A stretch of DNA of 54,558 nt from an uncultured bacterium. GTDB taxonomy: Bacteria; Patescibacteriota; Minisyncoccia; Phycocordibacterales; PALSA-1337. Of the stretch, positions 1-8,322 are shown piece after piece. The stretch covers positions 1 to 54,558 of the forward strand of contig CAIQIZ010000018.1 of NCBI GenBank assembly GCA_903872035.1, given 5' to 3'. Within the stretch, counting starts at the first letter, position 1; every line of letters starts with the position of its first letter. The notes beneath the pieces were generated by a model. The model saw only the letters and a program-made list of their open reading frames with translations, searched no databases and had not been told where the DNA came from. Position numbers and translations under genes: made by a program.

Positions 1-192
1 ATTCAAGCCCTGGAACCCTTCTTCATCTTGGAAAATACTCTGTACGATGACGCACCAGAAAACCGGTCAATCGAACCTGAAAAGTGCGGCCTTACATATA
101 AGCAAAAAGAGGCAAACACCTCTTTAAGTCCCAGAGGGCGACCCTACCGGGAGTCGAACCCGGATTACAGCCTTGAGAAGGCCGTGTCCTAA
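1..192 (+). CDS. Partial ORF (3' end only) reading antisense through tRNA-Glu; possibly the C-terminal tail of a large serine recombinase
   Basis: Frame 1 is open from base 1 to TAA at 190-192 (IQALEPFFILENTLYDDAPENRSIEPEKCGL...). Family assignment is a weak recollected resemblance plus the position at a tRNA 3' end. Confidence 0.25.
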   Translation: MQALEPFFILENTLYDDAPENRSIEPEKCGLTYKQKEANTSLSPRGRPYRESNPDYSLEKAVS

Positions 193-210
193 CCATTAGA
201 CGATAGGGCC
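139..210 (-). tRNA. tRNA-Glu(CTC)
   Basis: Reverse complement GGCCCTATCGTCTAATGGTTAGGACACGGCCTTCTCAAGGCTGTAATCCGGGTTCGACTCCCGGTAGGGTCG folds as a cloverleaf, anticodon CTC, CCA not encoded. Confidence 0.95.
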
Positions 211-217
211 AATAATT

Positions 218-252
218 AATGACCAATGGTTAATGCCAGATGACCAATAACC
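218..252. repeat. Degenerate 7-bp tandem array (AATGACC family)
   Basis: AATGACC AATGGTT AATGCCA GATGACC AATAACC; a related array lies on the minus strand at 8288-8322. Confidence 0.75.
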
Positions 253-280
253 GGTGATCGATGAAACTATAACCCAAATT

Positions 281-1585
281 TTATTGCTTATCAAGCCACT
301 CCTTCTCCTGTCTCACCAGCAACTGACCGGCACGTTCAGGGTCGGCCATAAGTACCTTGACCACGCGCTCCATTCTCACAGATTGAGAACCTTTGATCAA
401 AATGATATCGCCAGGCTTAATAAGATCAATAACATGCTTGGCGGCTTCGTTGGATGAATCGAAAGCTTCAATGGAGTTGGAAGCTAGTCCATTTGCCACC
501 GCTTCATCGGCCGTAGCTCTGGATCTCTGGCCAACCGTTATGAGCCGCGAGACGATACCAGCGGCAGATTTTCCGATCTTGCGGTGCTCTTCGGCCGAGA
601 ATTTACCGAGCTCCATCATATCTCCGAGCATAGCGATCTTCTTTCCAGTCCCGCTCTCCATCCCCTTCAAAGTTGCGAGTGCTGCAACGGCCGCATCGGG
701 AGATGAATTGTAGGTATCATCTATGATCGTCGAACCGTTGATCCCTGGAATAATACTCATCCGTCCTTTTGGTGCTTCAAAGCCAGCTAACTTTCTAATG
801 ATGTCCTCGCTCTTCATCCCGCGAGCTCGTCCAACTGCGGCAGCCGCCAACAATGGATACTGATAAGTCTCGCCTATTACACCCAGAACCGCGATCTTAT
901 TCGACTGGCCATCAGATTCAATATTGAATGAAAATCCCGTAGTCACACCATTAACATAAGTCACCGTGTAATCAGACCCTTTGACGGTCGCGCTCGTCTT
1001 CAATGCATACGTTACGATTCGCGGATTCTTTACCTTGACTCTCTCGGCAATAGTCATAGTCTTCTCATCGTCAGCAAAAAGAACAATGGTCCCGCCAGAT
1101 TTCACTCCTTCGGCTAAAGACGCCTTCTCGTTGAATACTTCCCCCGGCGATTTGAAGAATTCCACATGCACCGGCAGACTGCTTATCTTGGTGATGACCG
1201 CAATATCTGGATGCAACCACTTGACTGTCTTCTTGATATCACCAGGATGGTCGGCTCCGATTTCCAAAATAAGACAATCAGGGTACTCATGTTCGCCAAC
1301 AATTAAATTTAAACCAGCACGGATATTGGAAAGCCACCCGGATAGATTGTGCCAAGCGTTAGGAACTCCGATGATTGTTAAAGGTAATCCTATCTCACTA
1401 TTCAAGCTCTTTTCACTCTTCCTCACATATTTACTTTGATCCTTGAGCACGCAGTAAATAGCGTCTTTGGTCGACGTTTTTCCCACGCTTCCAGTCACCG
1501 CCACGATAAACGGCTTGTATTTCTTTAGTATGAGCCGCGACTCAATCGTCAATATATAGATGAGGAGCTTCTTTAAGAAGATCAT
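281..1585 (-). CDS. murF: UDP-N-acetylmuramoyl-tripeptide--D-Ala-D-Ala ligase
   Basis: VTGSVGKTSTK P-loop, NSEIGLP, DDTYNSSP and LGDMMELG motifs; dcw context. Confidence 0.92.
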   Translation of the reverse strand: MIFLKKLLIYILTIESRLILKKYKPFIVAVTGSVGKTSTKDAIYCVLKDQSKYVRKSEKSLNSEIGLPLTIIGVPNAWHNLSGWLSNIRAGLNLIVGEHEYPDCLILEIGADHPGDIKKTVKWLHPDIAVITKISSLPVHVEFFKSPGEVFNEKASLAEGVKSGGTIVLFADDEKTMTIAERVKVKNPRIVTYALKTSATVKGSDYTVTYVNGVTTGFSFNIESDGQSNKIAVLGVIGETYQYPLLAAAAVGRARGMKSEDIIRKLAGFEAPKGRMSIIPGINGSTIIDDTYNSSPDAAVAALATLKGMESGTGKKIAMLGDMMELGKFSAEEHRKIGKSAAGIVSRLITVGQRSRATADEAVANGLASNSIEAFDSSNEAAKHVIDLIKPGDIILIKGSQSVRMERVVKVLMADPERAGQLLVRQEKEWLDKQ

Positions 1586-1645
1586 GTTTTAAGGATACCA
1601 GCTTCGTGGTCTTTTTGCTATTCGAGAGCAGAAAAATACACGAAG

Positions 1646-3466
1646 CTACCTATCTGGCGCAATATTGTAATAGCTTATAAGGAACTTTGTCAGCTGGCTG
1701 AAAGGATCAGTCAATGTCGCCGAAGCGTACTCCGCCCCTTTTGGATAGACTTGGTAAAGGAATACCAGGAACTTCGGATTGTAAGCTGGAAAATATCCGA
1801 AGAATGAGTGCAGATATCGATCCGGATAATATCCTCCATTCACCGGATCCGGGATCTGGGCAGTACCAGTTTTCGCGGCGACGCTGTAGTTCGGCGTGTA
1901 GATGTCCGGATGCGCCTTGGCAATGGTCCCATCGACGACTTTGACCAACATAGTAGTCACATCTGCAACTGTCTGTTTGGATAGCACCGGCCCCTTCTTG
2001 GGAAAATCGATGATCTTGGTCGTTCCATTGCCGTACTCGATAGACTTTGCCAAGTGCGGTGTAACTACATATCCGCCATTTGCTAGCACCGAAAGAGCTT
2101 GGACCATGTTCACAGGCGAAACGGCTATGCCCTGCCCATAAGCGGCCGTAGCGATGTTCACATCACGAGTATTCGAGCTCGGCTTCAGATTGCCCATTAT
2201 TCCGGTTGCCTCATTCGGCTCATCTATCCCCGTCTTCTGCCCCAAACCGAAGGAAGTGAAGTATTTATACAGAGTCCCCGGTCCAATATCATGTTCAGCC
2301 TTCAAAGCGATCGTCGCCGCTCCGATATTCAAAGACTGCGAAAGGATCTGTTGCATAGGGATCACGCCGCGTGCCTGTCCGTCGAAGTTGGAGATCTTCT
2401 TGCCATTCAGTGTCATTGTGCCAGTATCATCATATGTCGATCCTGGCTTTTCAACACCTGTCTCTAGAGCAGTCGCCATGGTGAGTGGTTTCATGATAGA
2501 TCCCATTTCATCTATATGTTCGACTAGAGGATCAGAAAATACACCGACATCCTTCACATTAGCAGTATTATTTGGATCATAAGTTGGCAACGAAGCCATA
2601 GCCACGATCTCCCCGGTACTCGGGTCGATGATTATCCCTCCAATCTCGCTAGCATGCCAAATCTTTTCTGTATCATTCAAGATCTTTTCCAGATATTTCT
2701 GCGTCGTAGGATCGATGCTGGTTATGACATCTCCTTCAGTCGAATCGTTCGAGCCAAAGACCGTATTCAATCCTCCAAAAAGTTGAGCGAAGATATTAGC
2801 TGATGAACTGACACCTGGACGACTGAGCACGCTTTCATAATATTTTTCCAGACCATAACGACCTGTCACCGATGAAGAACTGGCGTTCTCGCCTGTCAAA
2901 CCTATCACTTGGGCTGCCATGCTTCCTCCGGGATAGGTGCGCCAAGATTCAGGGGAAATATATAGTCCGGGCAATTGGATATTTCGTACAGCCTGGGCTT
3001 TATCATCCTGAACCTGATCAGCCACGATCTCATAATGATCGTTCGTCGCCAGTTGCATACTGACTATAGCTTCGGCGATATTATTCGGCGCCTTGTCGGC
3101 CACGACTTCGTAGTGTGATTTTGCCTTAGCGGCCTTGGCCATGAAGTCGTTTTGATTGAGTGGCAAATATTGTTTAAGCGCTCCATAGGCCTGACTCGCG
3201 TCGGTGAGCAAAGAAGGGTTCATAAAAATCACCGAGCCTCGACCCAAAGTAGCAGCAGCCAAACGCGTCCCATCTTTGGTTTGAAAATATATGGTTCCAC
3301 GATCGAACGATGCCACGTCTGGCCTTACATACTGTCTCTGAGCTTTCTGCGCATATGAATGGCCCTTGATGATCTCGGTATAATAGAGCGAACCTGCCAA
3401 AAAGACCGCTCCGATGATGATCAGAGCAAAGACATATCTTGTTCGCAAACGTTGTTTAGAGTTCAT
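1646..3466 (-). CDS. ftsI: Class B penicillin-binding protein (FtsI/PBP3)
   Basis: SIMK, SLN and KTG transpeptidase motifs with an N-terminal TM. Start moved to MNSKQRL at 3466, overlapping the upstream ftsL-like stop. Confidence 0.88.
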   Translation of the reverse strand: MNSKQRLRTRYVFALIIIGAVFLAGSLYYTEIIKGHSYAQKAQRQYVRPDVASFDRGTIYFQTKDGTRLAAATLGRGSVIFMNPSLLTDASQAYGALKQYLPLNQNDFMAKAAKAKSHYEVVADKAPNNIAEAIVSMQLATNDHYEIVADQVQDDKAQAVRNIQLPGLYISPESWRTYPGGSMAAQVIGLTGENASSSSVTGRYGLEKYYESVLSRPGVSSSANIFAQLFGGLNTVFGSNDSTEGDVITSIDPTTQKYLEKILNDTEKIWHASEIGGIIIDPSTGEIVAMASLPTYDPNNTANVKDVGVFSDPLVEHIDEMGSIMKPLTMATALETGVEKPGSTYDDTGTMTLNGKKISNFDGQARGVIPMQQILSQSLNIGAATIALKAEHDIGPGTLYKYFTSFGLGQKTGIDEPNEATGIMGNLKPSSNTRDVNIATAAYGQGIAVSPVNMVQALSVLANGGYVVTPHLAKSIEYGNGTTKIIDFPKKGPVLSKQTVADVTTMLVKVVDGTIAKAHPDIYTPNYSVAAKTGTAQIPDPVNGGYYPDRYLHSFFGYFPAYNPKFLVFLYQVYPKGAEYASATLTDPFSQLTKFLISYYNIAPDR

Positions 3467-3791
3467 GGCCCCGTGTGGCGACGCTACCCAATGGAGTCGT
3501 TCGGGAGATAAATGCGGATACTTGGCCTTGTTTGAAACCGTATGTTTGTAAAGCATCTGGACTGATCTTGCTAGCCATCTCCAAGTATTGTCCATCGAGT
3601 TTGTCGACAGAAGCGGTCAAATCCGCCGTCTGCCCTTGGATAGATTCCAAAGCCACAGTCCGAGAAATGACATGGTAGACATTCATGGCATAGAGAAACA
3701 GAGTGAATACGCAGATGAATATCAAGGCTGTGTTGATCTGGCGGCTGTACATCTCTACTACCGTGTATGTTTGTGCAATGGCTTTGGTCAT
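3456..3791 (-). CDS. FtsL-like single-pass cell division protein
   Basis: TM followed by a short coiled coil, located between rsmH and ftsI. Confidence 0.6.
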   Translation of the reverse strand: MTKAIAQTYTVVEMYSRQINTALIFICVFTLFLYAMNVYHVISRTVALESIQGQTADLTASVDKLDGQYLEMASKISPDALQTYGFKQGQVSAFISRTTPLGSVATRGHEL

Positions 3792-4825
3792 ATTTTTTCG
3801 ATTATTCTTAACTTGGCACTCCTCGATCTTGGATTCTCGGCGATCTCCTGCGTACTCGGAGTGATCGGCTTTTTTGTTAATATTTTTGCTCCTTTCGATG
3901 CTTGTTGTTTATTAAAATCTTTGACTATGCGATCTTCTAAACTATGAAATGAGATGACTGCCATACGCCCGCGCTGATTCAATCTTTCATATCCCTTGCT
4001 CAAACCCTCCTTGAGCGCATTCAACTCGTCGTTCACTGCGATCCTTAATGCTTGAAATGTCTTTGTGGCCGGATTGACTTTTCCTCTCCTGTAAAATGCC
4101 GGCACTGACGTCTTCACGATCTCCACAAGTTCAAATGTTGTCTCTATTTTCTTCTTTGCCCTGTATTCGACTATGCCTTTGGCAATGCGCCTAGCGAATC
4201 TCTCCTCACCGTATCCGAAAATGACATCTGCTATAACATCCTCTTCCCATCCATTGACGATCTCCTTTGCAGTGAACGCATACTTGCTCGGTTCCCCTAG
4301 CGTCATAAGCAGCGGTTCGTCTTTCTGAAATGTGAATCCCCTTCCAGAATTATCTAATTCGTCAGAAGAAATTCCCAAATCTAGAAGAATCATGTCTACC
4401 CCTTTGATTCCGTGCTGATCGAGAATTTGATCAAGGTTCCGGAAGCTTTCAACTTCGAGGATTAATTTTCCTTGTTCCTGCTTGCTCCCGTCTCCTCGCT
4501 CCTTAAGTGTTTCCCGCGCCCTCTCTATGGCCTGCGAATCCCTGTCGAGCCCGATAACATTCAAAGTCGTTCGCGTCTCAGCTTCGAATGCCCTCTTTAA
4601 CGCCAAAGCATGTCCTGCCCCACCAAGAGTTCCGTCCAAGTACCATTTGTTTGATTCGGAGCGAGAACCTTTGTCGGTGACGGCGCTGTGGGCCAGCGAG
4701 GAACCGACAAAGGTTCTCGCTCCCATCAATGCTTCAACTACTTCATGTAAAAGAACTGGTACGTGGATGCTATTTCCCGAACCAATGCTAGTTTCCGTGA
4801 CCTGTCGCTCGCCGGTATCTGCCAT
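3788..4825 (-). CDS. rsmH: 16S rRNA m4C1402 methyltransferase, carrying two in-frame insertions
   Basis: HVPVLLHEV, DGTLGGAGH, DLGISS, ATKTFQALRIAVNDEL, ISFHSLEDRIVK and NPRSRSAKLR motifs. Confidence 0.96.
   Translation of the reverse strand: MADTGERQVTETSIGSGNSIHVPVLLHEVVEALMGARTFVGSSLAHSAVTDKGSRSESNKWYLDGTLGGAGHALALKRAFEAETRTTLNVIGLDRDSQAIERARETLKERGDGSKQEQGKLILEVESFRNLDQILDQHGIKGVDMILLDLGISSDELDNSGRGFTFQKDEPLLMTLGEPSKYAFTAKEIVNGWEEDVIADVIFGYGEERFARRIAKGIVEYRAKKKIETTFELVEIVKTSVPAFYRRGKVNPATKTFQALRIAVNDELNALKEGLSKGYERLNQRGRMAVISFHSLEDRIVKDFNKQQASKGAKILTKKPITPSTQEIAENPRSRSAKLRIIEKI
4468..4502 (-). repeat. Degenerate 7-bp array inside rsmH (GGAGCA family)
   Basis: Minus strand GGAGCGA GGAGACG GGAGCAA GCAGGAA CAAGGAA, translated as ERGDGSKQEQG. 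Confidence 0.55.
4658..4723. repeat. Palindromic element, copy 1 (in frame inside rsmH)
   Basis: Perfect 21-bp inverted arms (4658-4678 / 4703-4723) around core CGCTG-TGGGC-CAGCG (4684-4698); 66 nt in total. Confidence 0.9.
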
Positions 4826-4829
4826 ACGC

Positions 4830-5270
4830 TTAGATCATCCCAGCCTGACCCAATTTCTCAGCCAGAGAGTCGGCTTTCCCTTCGACGTTCTTCTGGTAAG
4901 AATCCCAAGCCTCTTCATCCCAGAGCTCTGCCCTATCACGAACACCGACAAAGACGACTTTCGACTTCAAGTGCCCGCGCTCGCGCAAATGTTCCGGTAG
5001 AAGCATGCGGCCGACTGCATCAACCTCGACTTCAACAGCGCCTCCGAGGAGATATCTGTTGAAGCCGCGATTGTCCGCCTGCAGCATCGAGCTTTCATTC
5101 ACTGACAAACGCTCGGAGATCTTCTCCCACTGCTTCACCGTAAAGATGAAGAGGCAGGAATCGAGTCCGGGCGTAATAACCACCTTTTTGCCCATCTCCT
5201 GTCTGAATTTGGCAGGAAGGGAGAGGCGGTTCTTGTCATCGATAGTGTGTGTGAATTGTCCTATTAACAT
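4830..5270 (-). CDS. mraZ: Division/cell wall cluster transcriptional repressor MraZ
   Basis: MLIGQFTHTIDDKNRLSLPAKFR and DAVGRMLLP repeats; start moved to 5270. Confidence 0.95.
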   Translation of the reverse strand: MLIGQFTHTIDDKNRLSLPAKFRQEMGKKVVITPGLDSCLFIFTVKQWEKISERLSVNESSMLQADNRGFNRYLLGGAVEVEVDAVGRMLLPEHLRERGHLKSKVVFVGVRDRAELWDEEAWDSYQKNVEGKADSLAEKLGQAGMI

Positions 5271-5357
5271 AGAACTTGCCCGATTTACACATATGCCCGC
5301 GGGAATGATGGAGAGGTCCTTCTTCAATATTTAAAATAATGAGAAATATTTTCCTTA

Positions 5358-5410
5358 CCACTTCTTCCCACTTGGTGGTTATTTTACTCCACTTCCTCGG
5401 TAATACACAA
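5358..5410 (-). promoter_or_regulatory. mraZ promoter with AAGTGG repeats (MraZ boxes)
   Basis: Minus strand TTGTGT-N18-TAAAAT; AAGTGG at 5389-5394, 5368-5373 and 5358-5363, the last two 10 bp apart. Confidence 0.65.
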
Positions 5411-5420
5411 GTGCCAATTC

Positions 5421-5440
5421 AGTGGATAAGATGTGGATAG
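5421..5440. promoter_or_regulatory. Two DnaA-box-like 9-mers
   Basis: AGTGGATAA (5421-5429) and TGTGGATAG (5432-5440), each one mismatch from TGTGGATAA. Confidence 0.4.
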
Positions 5441-5451
5441 TAAAAATGTGG

Positions 5452-6209
5452 AGGTCAGACCTATCCGACCAGATATAGGTCTGACCTAAATCTTCATAGT
5501 TTATTGAGACTTTTTTTATCCATTTTTGAATTATTTTTGAGAGTTTCTTCATCTCCATCGTGTATGATTGAAAGCATATGATTCCAGATATCTATTATCA
5601 CGTCTATAATCGAGGCGCGCATAAAGCCGACATATTTCTCGACGGTTCTGATTACGTTCGCATGCTCAAGCTGCTATACATCGCCAATAATGATGCGCCT
5701 TTTATCATGGAGCAACTTCCTGATAATATATTTGGGGTAAAAAGAAATAGGATTCTCGTTGATATAGTCGCATACTGCTTGATGCCAAATCATATTCATA
5801 TAGTGCTCAAGAAACGGTTACAGATTGAATCTTCTGCTGTCGATTCAATTGCACGTTTTATTCACAAACTAGCCACTGGATATACTGTATATTTTAATAA
5901 TAAATACGGACATTCTGGCACCATTTGGCAGGGCTCATATAAAGAAAAGATTGTTTATGATGGGCTATATATCCAAACATTGATCAAATACGTGCATTTA
6001 AACCCTCGTAGTTTAATAAATCCAGATATGTCAAAACCATCATGCGATAAGAACGATGCGGAAACCAATGAATTCGTAATGAAATACGAATATTCCAGTA
6101 TCAAAGACTACAATGGGATCATTCGCCCTCAAAGATCTATACTGAACGTCTCAGAATTGCTTCCTTTTCAAGTAGGTTAAACCAAAATCATGCATTATAG
6201 GTCTGACCT
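5452..6209 (+). mobile_element. RAYT locus: HUH Y1 transposase flanked by REP-like palindromes
   Basis: AGGTCAGACCTAT-N10-ATAGGTCTGACCT at 5452-5487 and TATAGGTCTGACCT at 6196-6209 flank the transposase gene. Confidence 0.8.
5578..6180 (+). CDS. REP-associated tyrosine transposase (RAYT, IS200/IS605 Y1 superfamily)
   Basis: YHVYNRG, YCLMPNHIH (HUH), catalytic YVHLNP and YEYSS motifs. Confidence 0.9.
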   Translation: MIPDIYYHVYNRGAHKADIFLDGSDYVRMLKLLYIANNDAPFIMEQLPDNIFGVKRNRILVDIVAYCLMPNHIHIVLKKRLQIESSAVDSIARFIHKLATGYTVYFNNKYGHSGTIWQGSYKEKIVYDGLYIQTLIKYVHLNPRSLINPDMSKPSCDKNDAETNEFVMKYEYSSIKDYNGIIRPQRSILNVSELLPFQVG

Positions 6210-7685
6210 CTAAGATCTCTCTTTCATCAGCGGAAACATCGAAGTCTCCCGCATCGGCTTATTAGCCATGATGGCAAATAGACGTTCGCCAAAACCGTAT
6301 CCGCAAGTCGGCGGCATGCCATGTTCTAGCATCTCCACGAATTCCCAATCAGGCATCATAGCTTCGGTGTCTCCGGATTCAAGCAGCTTCTTTTGTGCCT
6401 CAAAACGACCTCGTTGATCGATCGGATCATTGAGTTCTGAGTAACCACGACCGACTTCACTGCCAGCGATAATGGGTTGGAACATCTGAACGATGGAATC
6501 ATCTCCTTTTACGCTCTTCGCCAAAGGCGCCACCAGGATCGGATGATTGATCAGGAAGGCTGGACCGGTGATGTTCTTGCGACAATGCTTCCAGAGCGTG
6601 TCTACCAACCTTTCCCTGTTCGTACCATCATAACTGATCTTCAGATGTTCGATCTTCTTCTTTATCTCTTCGTCTTTGGCAGTACGGATATCGATCCCTG
6701 TCTGCTTCTTGATCTCTTCGGAATAATCGATCTTCTTCCATTCGTCGGCTAAGTCAAAAGTGTGGTCCTTGTAGGTGAACTTGGTCATACCAAAGACTTC
6801 CGTGGCCAGACGACGATACATCTTGACTACTAGGTCCATCCCGTCTCTATAATCGGCATAACCCCAATAGAATTCTAAATTGGTGAATTCTTGCAAATGC
6901 TCCGGACTAGAACCTTCATTGCGGTATACCCTACCGATCTCAAATGTCTTTGGGAATCCCGCCGCCATGAGCCTTTTCTGCCATAGTTCCCCAACCGAAA
7001 TGCGTAAGTAAACATCCATGTCATAATCTTCGTGATGCGTTTTGAAAGGAGTAGCCTCGGCACCTCCCGTCGTCGTCTCCAATGTCGGCGTCTCAACTTC
7101 AAGGAACCCCTCTTCTTTCATGATCGTCCGGGTCACTTCCCAGAATTTGGCTTTTTTATAGAATAGTTCTCGTGCCTCCGGATCCATGATGAAATCCAGG
7201 TACCTCTTTCGCAATTTTTCATCTGGATCGGTCAATCCATGCCATTTTTCCGGCAAAGGTAAGAGTGATTTCGAAGCCATAGTCCAAGACTTGACTAGGA
7301 TGCTCTGCTCACCGCGCTGAGTGGTGAAGAATATTCCGCTGACACTGATGATGTCACCGATATCGACGGCTTCAGCCAATAATTTGAATGATTTTTCGTC
7401 GAGCGTATCTTTTTTTATAACAGCTTGAAAAGTTGCCGTTCCATCATCAAGTACCAGGAATAAGATTGCCCCTTGACCACGTATGGCCAAGATACGCCCA
7501 GTCAACGAGACTGGTTTTCCGGCCTTATCGCCACCTTTGCCTTCCTCGAATTCAGCGAATTTGGCACGAGCTTCCTTCAATGAAAAATCGCGCGGAACCT
7601 TGGCTGGGTATGTCTCCATACCGGCTTTACGCAGCAATTCTAATTTATTCAAACGTGTTGCTCTTAATTCTTCAAGCGAAGCCAT
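6210..7685 (-). CDS. lysS: Lysyl-tRNA synthetase (class II)
   Basis: OB-fold N-terminus, FEIGRVYRNEG motif 2, GYGFGERL motif 3. Confidence 0.96.
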   Translation of the reverse strand: MASLEELRATRLNKLELLRKAGMETYPAKVPRDFSLKEARAKFAEFEEGKGGDKAGKPVSLTGRILAIRGQGAILFLVLDDGTATFQAVIKKDTLDEKSFKLLAEAVDIGDIISVSGIFFTTQRGEQSILVKSWTMASKSLLPLPEKWHGLTDPDEKLRKRYLDFIMDPEARELFYKKAKFWEVTRTIMKEEGFLEVETPTLETTTGGAEATPFKTHHEDYDMDVYLRISVGELWQKRLMAAGFPKTFEIGRVYRNEGSSPEHLQEFTNLEFYWGYADYRDGMDLVVKMYRRLATEVFGMTKFTYKDHTFDLADEWKKIDYSEEIKKQTGIDIRTAKDEEIKKKIEHLKISYDGTNRERLVDTLWKHCRKNITGPAFLINHPILVAPLAKSVKGDDSIVQMFQPIIAGSEVGRGYSELNDPIDQRGRFEAQKKLLESGDTEAMMPDWEFVEMLEHGMPPTCGYGFGERLFAIMANKPMRETSMFPLMKERS

Positions 7686-7705
7686 GAATGGCAGACATTA
7701 TGCGA

Positions 7706-8173
7706 CTATTTGATAATGACCACAGTATACACCACTTTGCCTTTAGGAGTCTGCACTGTGACTTTATCGCCCATTTTGTGTCCGAGCAGCGTGGAGCCAA
7801 GCGGTGAGATATTGGAGATCTTTCCGTGCGTCATGTCTGTTTCCTCCGAACCGACGATGGTGTAAAGGTAAGATTTGTTGTCATTCTCTTTTTGCAAACG
7901 GAATGTCGAACCGATTGTGATGATCTCCGTGCTACCTTTTCCAGCAATGACCGCATTTTTCAAAAGCTGCTCCAGCCTGCCGATACGATCCTCGACTTCG
8001 GCTTGTTCCTCGCGAGCTTGGTGGTATTCAGCATTTTCAGTTAGATCTCCGAGTTTTTTGGCATATTCCAAATGCTCTGCGACTTCTTTGCGGCGCTCTA
8101 TCTTCAGGAACTCCAGTTCCTTCTGTAACTCCGCGAACTTTTCGTTTGTTAGATATTGGGAAGTAGTAGGCAT
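7706..8173 (-). CDS. greA: Transcription elongation factor GreA
   Basis: GDLTENAEY and ISNISPLGSTLLG motifs; TGTTATAGT extended -10 upstream. Confidence 0.95.
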   Translation of the reverse strand: MPTTSQYLTNEKFAELQKELEFLKIERRKEVAEHLEYAKKLGDLTENAEYHQAREEQAEVEDRIGRLEQLLKNAVIAGKGSTEIITIGSTFRLQKENDNKSYLYTIVGSEETDMTHGKISNISPLGSTLLGHKMGDKVTVQTPKGKVVYTVVIIK

Positions 8174-8287
8174 ATTGATGAAAAAAGGCTTAGATTGCTA
8201 AGGTGATGACGTGCACTACTATAACAAAAGTAATGATAAATGTCTATGACTAGGTAATGATTAATTAATAATACCTAATGTCCAATC

Positions 8288-8322
8288 ATCCATTAATCAT
8301 TAAACATTAACTATTGGTCATT
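8288..8322. repeat. Degenerate 7-bp array (AATGACC family, minus strand)
   Basis: Minus strand AATGACC AATAGTT AATGTTT AATGATT AATGGAT, right after the mrdA stop. Confidence 0.75.

Noticed and set aside
1646-3595. ORF-track start of ftsI at 3595, and long starts for mraZ (5327), smc (15106), pth (37414), MNT (36174) and pilC (51861)
   Set aside because: The extensions overlap upstream genes or promoters and lack family similarity; downstream ATGs match the known N-termini.
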